From assembly GCA_050304175.1 (NCBI GenBank), contig JBNLDE010000219.1, positions 11,545 through 75,544 on the forward strand: a stretch of 64,000 nt of DNA, in the 5' to 3' direction. The stretch comes from Zhengella sp. Lineage in GTDB: Bacteria; Pseudomonadota; Alphaproteobacteria; Rhizobiales; Rhizobiaceae. Position 1 is the stretch's first letter; every line of letters starts with the position of its first letter. The position numbers were made by a program, and so were the translations under genes. Shown piece by piece: positions 1 through 8,571 of the stretch. The notes under the pieces are model-generated. The model did not search any database, was not told the origin of the DNA, and saw only the letters and a program-made list of their open reading frames with translations.

Positions 1-299
1 TCGTCGATCGCGCGGTATTGCCCGACGAGGAACTGGAAGAGGACGAGTTCTTCCAGGAGGACCTGATCGGGCTGAAGGTGGTGGATGTCGACGGCACGGA
101 TCGCGGCACGGTCATTGCGGTTCAGGATTTCGGCGGCGGCGATCTGCTCGAAATCGGCGGCGCCGGCCGGAAATCCGTTCTGATCCCGTTCACGCGGGCG
201 GCCGTTCCCGACATTGATTTCGATGGCGGCACGATCACGGTCGAACCGGTTGCGGCCGGGCTTGTCGAACCGGACAAGGACGGGGAGCCGGACGCATGA
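1..299 (+). CDS. rimM: 16S rRNA processing protein RimM, C-terminal part (5' end lies outside the window)
   Basis: The reading frame is open to the window edge. The C-terminus looks like a PRC barrel ([28 protein letters not shown]). The stop overlaps the trmD start as ATGA at 296-299, and the rimM-trmD-rplS order is classic. Confidence 0.85.
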   Translation, partial: VDRAVLPDEELEEDEFFQEDLIGLKVVDVDGTDRGTVIAVQDFGGGDLLEIGGAGRKSVLIPFTRAAVPDIDFDGGTITVEPVAAGLVEPDKDGEPDA

Positions 300-1012
300 G
301 CTTCCGTTCGACCGTGCTGACGCTCTACCCGGAAATGTTTCCCGGTCATCTCGGCCTGTCGTTGGCCGGCAAGGCGCTGGAAGCCGGAACATGGTCGCTG
401 GAAACAGTGCAGATTCGCGATTTCGCCACCGGCAAGCACCGCAATGTCGATGACACGCCGGCGGGCGGCGGCGCGGGCATGGTGATGCGGGCGGACGTGC
501 TGGCGCGCGCCATCGACGCGGTGTCGCCGGACAGCGATTCCCGGCCGCGACTGCTGATGAGCCCGCGTGGAAAACCGCTGACGCAGGCCCGCGTACGGGA
601 GCTGGCCGCCGGGCCGGGCGCGGTGATCGTTTGTGGACGGTTCGAAGGCGTCGACCAGCGGGTGATCGACGCGCGGCACCTGGAGGAAGTGTCGGTCGGC
701 GACTACATCCTGTCCGGCGGCGAACCGGCGGCGCAGGTGCTGCTCGATGCGGTGGTGCGCCTGCTGCCCGGCGTCATGGGCAACGAGGCGTCCGGCGAGG
801 AGGAAAGCTTCGAGAACGGCCTGCTCGAACACCCCCACTACACGCGTCCGGCTGAGTGGGAAGGGCGCACGATCCCCGAGGTGCTGACCTCGGGCAATCA
901 CGCGAAGATCGCAAAGTGGCGGCGCGAGCAGGCGGAGAAGCTGACGCGGGAAAGAAGGCCGGATCTTCTTGGTAGAGCAAAAGACAATGGTTTGGACGCG
1001 CCGGAGGGGTGA
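296..1012 (+). CDS. trmD: tRNA (guanine37-N1)-methyltransferase TrmD
   Basis: 238-aa ORF with TrmD-typical segments ([43 protein letters not shown]). Synteny between rimM and rplS supports it. Confidence 0.95.
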   Translation: MSFRSTVLTLYPEMFPGHLGLSLAGKALEAGTWSLETVQIRDFATGKHRNVDDTPAGGGAGMVMRADVLARAIDAVSPDSDSRPRLLMSPRGKPLTQARVRELAAGPGAVIVCGRFEGVDQRVIDARHLEEVSVGDYILSGGEPAAQVLLDAVVRLLPGVMGNEASGEEESFENGLLEHPHYTRPAEWEGRTIPEVLTSGNHAKIAKWRREQAEKLTRERRPDLLGRAKDNGLDAPEG

Positions 1013-1185
1013 CAAACCCCGAAAAGCCGTGTATGAGCGCGCCCGAAGCCGGATATTGTCCGGTTTGGACACAAGCAACAGATGCGTGCAATCGCCCCGC
1101 CAATCACACGGTTGGCCCTTCGGTCGCGGTCATGAACTGCGGAAGGCTGGCGCTCTGACGGTCGCAAGAACAAGAGGACAGACCG

Positions 1186-1716
1186 ATGGACCTTATCCGT
1201 CAGCTCGAGGCCGAACAGGCCGCCAAGATCGAAGCCCAACGCAAATTTCCCGATTTTTCGCCCGGCGACACGGTGCGCGTGAACGTGCGCGTCACCGAAG
1301 GTACGCGTACCCGTGTGCAGGCCTATGAAGGCGTGTGCATCGCCCGTTCCGGTTCGGGCCTGCAGGAAAACTTCACCGTTCGCAAGATCTCCTACGGCGA
1401 GGGCGTGGAGCGCGTGTTCCCGATCTATTCGCCGCTGGTCGAGTGCGTCGAAGTGGTTCGTCGCGGCAAGGTTCGCCGCGCGAAGCTTTATTACCTGCGC
1501 GACCGCCGCGGCAAGTCGGCCCGTATCACCGAGAACACCAACGCCCGTTCGCGCAAGCTGAACGACGTCGAACGCCAGAAGCTGGTTGAAGAGAAGGCGC
1601 GGCTGGAAGCCGAAAAGGTCGCCGCCGCGCAGGCACTGGCTGCCGAGAAGGCCGCCGCCGAAGCAGCCGAGAAGGCCGCTGCCGAGGCAGCAGCGGAGGC
1701 TCCGGCCGAAAGCTGA
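1186..1716 (+). CDS. rplS: 50S ribosomal protein L19 with an Ala/Glu/Lys-rich C-terminal extension
   Basis: The core is L19-like ([30 protein letters not shown]...[20 protein letters not shown]). AGAGGA lies upstream of the ATG. A strong terminator follows. Confidence 0.95.
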   Translation: MDLIRQLEAEQAAKIEAQRKFPDFSPGDTVRVNVRVTEGTRTRVQAYEGVCIARSGSGLQENFTVRKISYGEGVERVFPIYSPLVECVEVVRRGKVRRAKLYYLRDRRGKSARITENTNARSRKLNDVERQKLVEEKARLEAEKVAAAQALAAEKAAAEAAEKAAAEAAAEAPAES

Positions 1717-1744
1717 TATTTCCTTTCAGGAACTGCACCGAAAA

Positions 1745-1769
1745 GGGAGCGCTTGGCGCTCCCTTTTTT
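1745..1769 (+). terminator. Rho-independent terminator after rplS
   Basis: Perfect 8-bp stem GGGAGCGC/GCGCTCCC with a 3-nt loop, followed by TTTTTT. Confidence 0.8.
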
Positions 1770-1807
1770 GTTGCCCGCGGCCATCCATTTATATTGACTA
1801 CGATTTT

Positions 1808-1835
1808 TTAGTGTACTAAATATCTATATTAGATA
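1808..1835. promoter_or_regulatory. Two AT-rich inverted repeats in the ohr promoter region, candidate OhrR operators
   Basis: TTAGT-gt-ACTAA at 1808-1819 and TATCTA-tat-TAGATA at 1821-1835 lie 15-45 nt upstream of the ohr start, inside a conspicuously AT-rich patch. OhrR/MarR repressors bind AT-rich palindromes. Confidence 0.4.
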
Positions 1836-1850
1836 ATTATGGAGTTACCC

Positions 1851-2267
1851 ATGTCCGCACTTTATTCCACCCGCGTCCACGTCACCGGCGCCCGCAACGG
1901 CCGCGCGCAATCCGAGGACGGCATTCTCAGCCTTGCATTGGCCACGCCCAAGGAGCTCGGCGGTGCCGGTGGCGCCACCAATCCCGAGCAGCTGTTTGCC
2001 GCAGGCTATGCCGCTTGCTTCGAAAGCGCTCTGCGGCTGGTTGCCCGCCATGCAAAGGCACCGCTGGATGATGCCGCGATCACCGCCAATGTCTCGCTGC
2101 TCCCCAATGGCGGGGGATACAAGCTGGGCGTCGAACTCGATGTCGAGACGAAGGGGCTGGATGAAACGACGGCCGAGGCGCTTGTTGCCAAGGCGCACGA
2201 GGTCTGCCCATACTCCAATGCCGTGCGCGGTAATGTGGATGTGAGGCTTTCGGTCAGGGCTGCATGA
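1851..2267 (+). CDS. ohr: Organic hydroperoxide resistance protein Ohr (OsmC/Ohr family)
   Basis: MSALYSTRVHVTGARNG...LATPKELGGAGG.TNPEQLFAAGYAACF...VCPYSNA carries both conserved Cys motifs of Ohr. GGAG lies 6 nt before the ATG at 1851. An alternative upstream ATG is at 1839. Confidence 0.9.
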   Translation: MSALYSTRVHVTGARNGRAQSEDGILSLALATPKELGGAGGATNPEQLFAAGYAACFESALRLVARHAKAPLDDAAITANVSLLPNGGGYKLGVELDVETKGLDETTAEALVAKAHEVCPYSNAVRGNVDVRLSVRAA

Positions 2268-2761
2268 GCAACCAGAAACTGAAATCGGACGAGATCCCGG
2301 GCGGGGCGAAGTCCCGCCCGGATACCGCAGGCGCAAGCCTGCTGCTCGACAACCAGATCTGCTTTGCTCTCCATTCGGCGAGCGCATCGATGACGCGGGC
2401 TTATCGGCCACTGCTCGAACCGCTCGGGCTCACCTATCCCCAATACCTTGTGATGCTCGTTTTATGGGAACATTCGCCGCACTCAGTAGGCGAGCTCAGC
2501 GCATTGCTCGGCCACGATTCGGCGACCCTGACGCCACTGCTGAAAAGGTTGGAGGCAAACGGTCATGTTTCGCGGGTACGCGACTCCAAGGATGAGCGGC
2601 GCGTACTGGTGACGCCGACCAAGAGTGGAATGGCGCTGAAAGAAAAAGCGCTCGACATACCCAAGGCGCTCATGTGCGGGCTGCCGCTCTCGGCCCGCGA
2701 AGCCGACGACCTACGCCGGACCCTGAAACATCTCACCGCGGCGCTGAACAGCCCGGTCTGA
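2264..2761 (+). CDS. ohrR: MarR-family peroxide-sensing repressor OhrR
   Basis: MarR winged-helix protein with the N-terminal sensing Cys in the context LDNQICFALHSA, typical of OhrR. Its start overlaps the ohr stop (ATGA at 2264-2267). Confidence 0.85.
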   Translation: MSNQKLKSDEIPGGAKSRPDTAGASLLLDNQICFALHSASASMTRAYRPLLEPLGLTYPQYLVMLVLWEHSPHSVGELSALLGHDSATLTPLLKRLEANGHVSRVRDSKDERRVLVTPTKSGMALKEKALDIPKALMCGLPLSAREADDLRRTLKHLTAALNSPV

Positions 2762-2804
2762 TGCCTTCCCGCGGAGGCGATGTGTTCCGGGACGCCGCAG
2801 GTTG

Positions 2805-4169
2805 TCACGCCTTGGCGCCAGCGCGCGGCGGCGCAGCCGTAACCTCCGGCAGGGGCGCGGCCGTGATCAGCCAGCGGATCAGGCGCTCCAGCGGGCCCTG
2901 TTCGAAAAAGCGCAGATAGAGAGGCGCGGCCACGAGCTGGAATATCGTCATGGCGGCCGCGATCAAGGCGACCTGATAGTGTTCGAGCGTGCCGAACAGG
3001 GAGAGGCCGAACCCGTCGAACAGGAAACCGCAGATGACGCTCTGCGAAATGTAGAGCGTCAGCGCCAGGCGTCCGCATGCCTCGAGGCTGAACGTGAGCC
3101 ACCGGGCGCGACCGGCCTTGAGCGCCAGCGCCAGCAAGGAGAGGTGGCCAAGCGCGAAGGCGAATCGGCGGGGATCGTAGGCGATCGAGGACACGACATC
3201 GGCGACCGTCTCCACTGTTGAACCGGTTTCGAAAACCGTGTTCGAAAGGTAGCCGAGCACCCAACCTGCCCAGTAACCGGTCACGACCACCATGCCATAA
3301 CGCCGCGCCGGCCAGGCGCCGGTGAGAAAGCCGCTCTTGAACAAGGCCATGCCGAAGGCCATGAAGGTGATAACGTCGAGGAAATGATGGGCGAACACCT
3401 CGCTTGTCTGTTCGACGAATGACTGCGGCGCGAGCGCGAGCAGGTTGTCGACATAACCGCCTTGGCGCGCGGCAATCTCCTGCTCGATACCGGAAATCAG
3501 TTGCTGGAAATCCTCGTCGGCCGGTGTGTCGGTTTCCGCCTGGTCCTGCGCGGCGGGGCCCGCGGTGTCGTCCGCCACGAAGTTTTCGATCAGCGACACG
3601 GTTTGCAACGGTTTGGAGATTTCCGCTTCGGCAACCGTATCCGGCACGTCCGCGGAGAGATAGGTTTCCGCAGCACCCTGAATCACGGATGCCGTGAGCA
3701 TGACCGAGGCGATGATCGTCAATGTCCGGCTGGACAGATTGCGGAACGGAAACAACAGAAGGCCGAACAGGCCATAGAGATAGAGAATGTCGTACGGCCA
3801 CAACAACAGGTAGGCGTGGACGAGGCCGAACACTATGAGCCAGAGCAGGCGCCGATAGTAGGGGTCAAGTCCGGCCAGGCCGACGCCTGCGCGCTCGGCC
3901 TTAGCCATCATGATCAGGGCGGAGGCCCCGAACAGCATCGAAATCATGCCGCGCATGACACCGTCGACGAACAGGCCGACAAAACGCCATGTCTCCACGT
4001 TGAGCGAATAGGAGAGCGGGTCGGTATCACCCCATGTGCCCGGCAGGGCCAGAGCGCCATAGGGGATGGCGAAAATGAAAATGTTCAACCAGAGAATACC
4101 CAGGATCGCAAAGCCGCGGCTTGCATCCATCAGGGCATGACGCGCCAGCGGCGGCGACACGGATTGCAT
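2805..4169 (-). CDS. DUF418/YeiB-like polytopic membrane protein
   Basis: This is the C-terminal 454 codons of the 1028-aa track ORF. The N-terminus DASRGFAILGILWLNIF, the multiple TM segments and the acidic central loop are typical of DUF418 proteins. The start at the ATG at 4169 was chosen because everything upstream is antisense to leuC or intergenic. An alternative ATG is at 4211. Confidence 0.75.
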   Translation of the reverse strand: MQSVSPPLARHALMDASRGFAILGILWLNIFIFAIPYGALALPGTWGDTDPLSYSLNVETWRFVGLFVDGVMRGMISMLFGASALIMMAKAERAGVGLAGLDPYYRRLLWLIVFGLVHAYLLLWPYDILYLYGLFGLLLFPFRNLSSRTLTIIASVMLTASVIQGAAETYLSADVPDTVAEAEISKPLQTVSLIENFVADDTAGPAAQDQAETDTPADEDFQQLISGIEQEIAARQGGYVDNLLALAPQSFVEQTSEVFAHHFLDVITFMAFGMALFKSGFLTGAWPARRYGMVVVTGYWAGWVLGYLSNTVFETGSTVETVADVVSSIAYDPRRFAFALGHLSLLALALKAGRARWLTFSLEACGRLALTLYISQSVICGFLFDGFGLSLFGTLEHYQVALIAAAMTIFQLVAAPLYLRFFEQGPLERLIRWLITAAPLPEVTAAPPRAGAKA

Positions 4170-4344
4170 GGAGGCGATCTTTCCAAAACCGCGGCGCTCG
4201 CGGCGAAACATGCGCAGAATCGCGTTACTCCCGGTCCATGACTTTGGCAACAGGAATTTTCGCGGGCTTGCCACGACGGGCCCGACGTGATTGTGATGGT
4301 CCATGTGTTCCGGGTAACCGAATGAGCGGCGCGAGGCGGATATC

Positions 4345-4373
4345 CTTGACGCTCTCGCTTCACGTGTGCATAT
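4345..4373 (+). promoter_or_regulatory. Candidate sigma70-type promoter for leuC
   Basis: CTTGAC (4345-4350), 17-nt spacer, GCATAT (4368-4373). This resembles the alphaproteobacterial CTTGAC-N17-CTATAT consensus and lies 46 nt before the leuC ATG. Confidence 0.3.
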
Positions 4374-4418
4374 GACAGCCACGAAAACCCCCGCATTCTG
4401 GCGCAAGGAATACTGGCG

Positions 4419-5825
4419 ATGACCGCACCGCGCACGCTCTATGACAAGATCTGGGACGACCACGTCGTCGACCGCCAGGAAGATGGCACCTGCCTGCTCT
4501 ATATCGATCGCCATCTCGTGCACGAGGTCACCAGCCCGCAGGCGTTCGAAGGGCTCCGCATGACCCATCGCGCGGTGCGCCATCCCGAAAAGACGCTCGC
4601 TGTCGTGGATCACAACGTGCCGACCACGGACCGCAGCCATGGTATCGCCAACGAGGAAAGTCGCATCCAGGTGGAGGCGCTGGCCAGGAACGCGGCCGAG
4701 TTCCACATCGATTATTTCAACGAGGTCGACAAGCGGCAGGGCATCGTCCACATCGTCGGTCCCGAACAAGGATTCACCCTGCCGGGCACGACCATCGTGT
4801 GCGGCGACAGTCACACTTCCACGCATGGCGCCTTTGGCGCGCTGGCACACGGCATCGGCACTTCGGAGGTCGAGCACGTGCTGGCGACCCAGACGCTGAT
4901 CCAGAGCAAGGCAAAGAACATGCTGGTGCGCGTCGACGGCCAATTGCCCGAGGGCGTCTCCGCCAAGGACATCATCCTGGCGATCATCGGTGAAATCGGT
5001 ACGGCCGGCGGCACGGGCCACGTGATCGAGTTCGCCGGCGAGGCGATCGAGGCGCTGTCCATGGAAGGCCGGATGACGGTCTGCAACATGACGATCGAGG
5101 GCGGCGCGCGGGCGGGCTTGATCGCGCCGGACGAAAAGACTTTTGCCTATATCAAGGACAAGCCGCGGGCGCCCAAGGGCAAGGCCTGGGACATGGCGAT
5201 GGAATATTGGAGCCAGCTCAAGTCTGACGAAGGGGCGCATTTCGACAAAGTGGTCGTACTCGACGCTGCCAACCTGCCGCCGATCGTCTCGTGGGGCTCC
5301 TCGCCGGAGGATGTCGTATCGATCACCGGCGTCGTGCCCGATCCCGATGCGATCGAGGACGAGAACAAGCGGGCCTCTAAGAAGCGCGCGCTCGCCTATA
5401 TGGGCCTGACCCCGGGCACCAAGATGACCGACATCGCTATCGACCGTGTCTTCATCGGCTCCTGCACCAATGGGCGGTTGGAAGATTTGCGCGCGGCGGC
5501 GGCGGTGGTCGAGGGCAAGAAGGTCGCTGGCACGGTCAATGCGATGGTCGTTCCCGGCTCGGGCCTGGTCAAGGAACAGGCCGAGGCCGAAGGGCTCGAC
5601 AAGATCTTCATTGCCGCCGGCTTCGAATGGCGCGAACCGGGCTGTTCCATGTGCCTTGCGATGAACGACGACCGGCTGAAGCCGGGCGAACGTTGCGCAT
5701 CGACGTCGAACCGCAATTTCGAGGGACGCCAGGGTTTCAAGGGCCGTACGCACCTTGTCTCGCCGACCATGGCCGCGGCAGCGGCGGTTGCCGGACACTT
5801 TGTCGACATCCGCGACTGGTCCTGA
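4419..5825 (+). CDS. leuC: 3-isopropylmalate dehydratase large subunit
   Basis: 468 aa with aconitase-family motifs ([38 protein letters not shown]). Confidence 0.97.
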   Translation: MTAPRTLYDKIWDDHVVDRQEDGTCLLYIDRHLVHEVTSPQAFEGLRMTHRAVRHPEKTLAVVDHNVPTTDRSHGIANEESRIQVEALARNAAEFHIDYFNEVDKRQGIVHIVGPEQGFTLPGTTIVCGDSHTSTHGAFGALAHGIGTSEVEHVLATQTLIQSKAKNMLVRVDGQLPEGVSAKDIILAIIGEIGTAGGTGHVIEFAGEAIEALSMEGRMTVCNMTIEGGARAGLIAPDEKTFAYIKDKPRAPKGKAWDMAMEYWSQLKSDEGAHFDKVVVLDAANLPPIVSWGSSPEDVVSITGVVPDPDAIEDENKRASKKRALAYMGLTPGTKMTDIAIDRVFIGSCTNGRLEDLRAAAAVVEGKKVAGTVNAMVVPGSGLVKEQAEAEGLDKIFIAAGFEWREPGCSMCLAMNDDRLKPGERCASTSNRNFEGRQGFKGRTHLVSPTMAAAAAVAGHFVDIRDWS

Positions 5826-5848
5826 TCGCCCGGTCGGCCATGCATGCA

Positions 5849-5868
5849 CCCGGCGCGCATGCGCCGGG
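5849..5868 (+). terminator. GC hairpin downstream of leuC, a possible terminator lacking a T-tract
   Basis: Perfect 8-bp stem CCCGGCGC/GCGCCGGG with loop GCAT, 24 nt after the leuC stop. No U-run follows, so its function is uncertain. Confidence 0.3.
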
Positions 5869-5979
5869 GCAATCCACATCGAATCTTCCAAGAAATTCCT
5901 TCTTCGGCCGTTTTCGTACTAAAACAGACGACCGGCAGGTGCGAATCACTCATGCCGAGGGGATACGGGCGGGAAGACG

Positions 5980-7161
5980 ATGTCGGGCGGCAGTTTCGTT
6001 TTTGCGATTAATATCGTAATTGGCCTGTCACTCCTCGCCGGATTCACAGGAGCCTGGATCTACGACCGACGCCGCGAGGATACATTCTGGTGGTTCATTG
6101 CGCTGCTGACGGCGCTCCTTTCGGCGGCGATCGACCTCTCGCTCACTTATTTCGACGGCGCGCGGATACCGCGATTTCTGATGTTCGCGACCCATCTGGC
6201 CGCCATGATGTTTTTCGCGCGCGGCATCGCGGCCCATTACCACAAGGCATTCCGCTGGACGCCGATCCTGATTGTGTACGCCGCGTTCCTGCTGCTCAAC
6301 ATCGCGATTATCGATCTCCCGCGCCAATCGTTGATTCGCCAGGTGGTTTATCAAGCGCCGTACGGCCTGATGGTATTGCTGGGCGCGTTCATCATCTTCC
6401 GCTCGATGCGCGGGGCGCTGGAAAATCTCTTCTTCGTCTCGACGCTGGCGTTCGCCGCTCAATATCCGCTGCGCCCCCTGATCTCGGTACTCAGTGGCGG
6501 CATTGGTGCGTCGCCGGCATCCTATCTTGGCACGACTTACGGGCTCATCACCCAATCGGTGTTTGCGGTCACCGGCATTTCCACAGCGACGTTGATGCTG
6601 GTTCTCGTAATGCGCGCAATCATCATTGATTTGCGCCAGAAGGGTCTGCACGATCCGGAATCCGGCCTGTTGAACCGGACCGGCTTTGAAGAGGAAGTTT
6701 CGCGGATTTCCGGTCAGGGAAGCAATGGCGCCAGCCATGCCGCTTTTGCGCTGTTTGCGGTCGACGGTCTCGAATCGCTCATCGAGCGCGAAGGCGAAGG
6801 CGTAGTGGAGACCACGGCGCGGGCAATCGGAAAGCTGGTACGCCGGCATATCAGCAGAAACGAAATACCGGGCCGGCTCGGCAGAAATCTGTTCGCCGTC
6901 CAGTTTCCCAAAGCGGACACGCGCGTTGCAGCGGCATGGTGCGAAGAGCTACGCGGCATACTGGCACTCGATTTGCCGCATGTGGCGAGAGGGCACCGCG
7001 GCATCACCGCAAGTTTCGGGGTCACGCGTCGCCGGACCGGCGAGACATTTGCTGATCTGCTGAAACGGGCTGAGGAGGCGGTCTATCACGCCCGCCAGCT
7101 TGGTGGCGACAATGTGTGTGTGCGCGACCGTCAACGCTACGTCGTACCGTCGGCCGAGTAG
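5980..7161 (+). CDS. Membrane-anchored GGDEF-domain protein with a degenerate active site (GRNLF)
   Basis: About 215 aa of TM helices are followed by a GGDEF fold (LHDPESGLLNRTGF...FAVDG...PGRLGRNLFAVQF...ITASFGV). The signature GG(D/E)EF reads GRNLF at nt 6880-6894. Confidence 0.85.
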   Translation: MSGGSFVFAINIVIGLSLLAGFTGAWIYDRRREDTFWWFIALLTALLSAAIDLSLTYFDGARIPRFLMFATHLAAMMFFARGIAAHYHKAFRWTPILIVYAAFLLLNIAIIDLPRQSLIRQVVYQAPYGLMVLLGAFIIFRSMRGALENLFFVSTLAFAAQYPLRPLISVLSGGIGASPASYLGTTYGLITQSVFAVTGISTATLMLVLVMRAIIIDLRQKGLHDPESGLLNRTGFEEEVSRISGQGSNGASHAAFALFAVDGLESLIEREGEGVVETTARAIGKLVRRHISRNEIPGRLGRNLFAVQFPKADTRVAAAWCEELRGILALDLPHVARGHRGITASFGVTRRRTGETFADLLKRAEEAVYHARQLGGDNVCVRDRQRYVVPSAE

Positions 7162-7179
7162 CGCGAGCCGGCAATACGA

Positions 7180-7590
7180 TCAATTGCAGGCGTCCGGGAT
7201 CACCGCGACTTCGTCGCGCCGGAGCCCGTACATGTAACCGCGGCCGCGGACGACAGTCGCATCGCCCTTGCAGGTCAAGCCATGGACGACAACGCGGCGG
7301 TGCCGCCTGTCTGCGCGACCCCGATGGCCATAGATAACGACGGGAGCACTGGCTTCCTCGGCATAGGGGCCGAGCCCGATCGATTTACGGTATTCGTCGA
7401 TCCGGTAGCCCTGTCCGACGATGATCTGCTTGTAGCCGGCGACCGAGAGAACGACGATATTGCCGTAGCCGTCCACATAGACCCGCTCACGCACGCCGCC
7501 GGCGGTTGCGGGCAGCGCTGCCAATGTTGCAACCCCGGCAAGTGCCGCGGCGGCAAGGCATTTACGAAACGATACTGCAAACAAACGCAT
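7180..7590 (-). CDS. Hypothetical secreted protein
   Basis: Start set at the ATG at 7590, which has GGAGGA about 6 nt upstream. Signal peptide MRLFAVSFRKCLAAAALAGVATLAALPATA. I recognise no family. Confidence 0.6.
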   Translation of the reverse strand: MRLFAVSFRKCLAAAALAGVATLAALPATAGGVRERVYVDGYGNIVVLSVAGYKQIIVGQGYRIDEYRKSIGLGPYAEEASAPVVIYGHRGRADRRHRRVVVHGLTCKGDATVVRGRGYMYGLRRDEVAVIPDACN

Positions 7591-7633
7591 GGCGCGTCCT
7601 CCATTCGGGGGCACGGCCTCCTCGGTTTCGAAA

Positions 7634-7649
7634 TTAACCGATTCTTAAC
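7634..7649. promoter_or_regulatory. Perfect CtrA-box-like motif TTAA-N7-TTAAC
   Basis: TTAAccgattcTTAAC lies 44-59 nt upstream of the start of the 7180-7590 gene. The spacer contains a GANTC (GATTC) CcrM site. Confidence 0.45.
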
Positions 7650-7724
7650 GAATGTCACCGGGTCGGCAGAGCCGGTCCCCGCCTATCGGCAAACATGGTT
7701 AATGCCGGCACGGCGGTTCGGGCC

Positions 7725-7754
7725 AACAAAAAGGCCGCGCTTGCGGCGCGGCCT
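7725..7754 (-). terminator. Rho-independent terminator after sdhB
   Basis: 9-bp stem AGGCCGCGC/GCGCGGCCT with a 5-nt loop. On the minus strand it is followed by TTTTTGTT. Confidence 0.7.
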
Positions 7755-7779
7755 TTCAGATTCTCAGTTTCCGGTCTGG

Positions 7780-8559
7780 TCAGATCCGGCGCTCGACCAT
7801 CATCTTCTTGATGTCGGCAATCGCCTTGGCCGGGTTCAGGCCCTTGGGGCAGGCCTGGGCGCAATTCATGATGGTGTGGCAACGATAGAGCCGGAATGGA
7901 TCTTCCAGGTTATCGAGCCGCTCTCCGGTCGCCTCGTCACGGCTGTCGACCAGCCAGCGATAGGCCTGCAGCAGAACCGCGGGGCCGAGATAGCGGCCGG
8001 AGTTCCACCAGTAGCTCGGGCAAGACGAGGAGCAACAGGCGCACAGGATGCACTCGTAAAGACCGTCGAGTTTCTGGCGGTCCTCATGGCTCTGAAGCCA
8101 TTCCTTTTCAGGCGCGGGTGTTGTCGTCTGCAGCCACGGCTCGATCGAGCGGTGCTGGGCGTAGAACTCGGTCAGGTCGGGCACAAGGTCCTTGACCACC
8201 GGCATGTGCGGTAACGGATAGATCCTGACCGCGCCGGACACTTCATCCATGCCCTTGGTGCAGGCCAGCGTGTTGGTGCCATCGATGTTCATGGCGCACG
8301 ACCCGCAGATACCTTCGCGGCAGGAGCGGCGGAAGGTCAGCGTCGGGTCGACCTTGTCCTTGATCCAGATGATCGCGTCGAGGATCATCGGCCCGCAAGC
8401 GTCCATGTCGACGAAATAGGTGTCGATGCGCGGGTTTTCGCCAGCATCCGGCGACCAGCGGTAGATCCGGAATTCGCGCAAATTGGTTGCGCCTTCCGGC
8501 TTCGGCCAGGTCTTGCCGACCTTGGGCTGCGAGTTCTTGGGGAGATTGAATTGGACCAT
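7780..8559 (-). CDS. sdhB: Succinate dehydrogenase iron-sulfur subunit
   Basis: 259 aa with the three Fe-S cysteine clusters ([37 protein letters not shown]). Confidence 0.97.
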   Translation of the reverse strand: MVQFNLPKNSQPKVGKTWPKPEGATNLREFRIYRWSPDAGENPRIDTYFVDMDACGPMILDAIIWIKDKVDPTLTFRRSCREGICGSCAMNIDGTNTLACTKGMDEVSGAVRIYPLPHMPVVKDLVPDLTEFYAQHRSIEPWLQTTTPAPEKEWLQSHEDRQKLDGLYECILCACCSSSCPSYWWNSGRYLGPAVLLQAYRWLVDSRDEATGERLDNLEDPFRLYRCHTIMNCAQACPKGLNPAKAIADIKKMMVERRI

Positions 8560-8571
8560 GGATATATCCCC

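Noticed and set aside
122-1078. 318-aa minus-strand ORF
   Set aside because: It is antisense to rimM/trmD and its composition is Arg/Ala/Pro-rich. It is a shadow ORF.
4170-5891. Upstream two-thirds of the 1028-aa minus-strand ORF (2805-5891)
   Set aside because: It is antisense to leuC, whose plus-strand product has unmistakable aconitase-family motifs. The antisense translation is Arg/Ala/Gly/Asp-rich low-information sequence, typical of shadow ORFs in GC-rich DNA. Only the last 454 codons (DUF418-like) look like a real protein.
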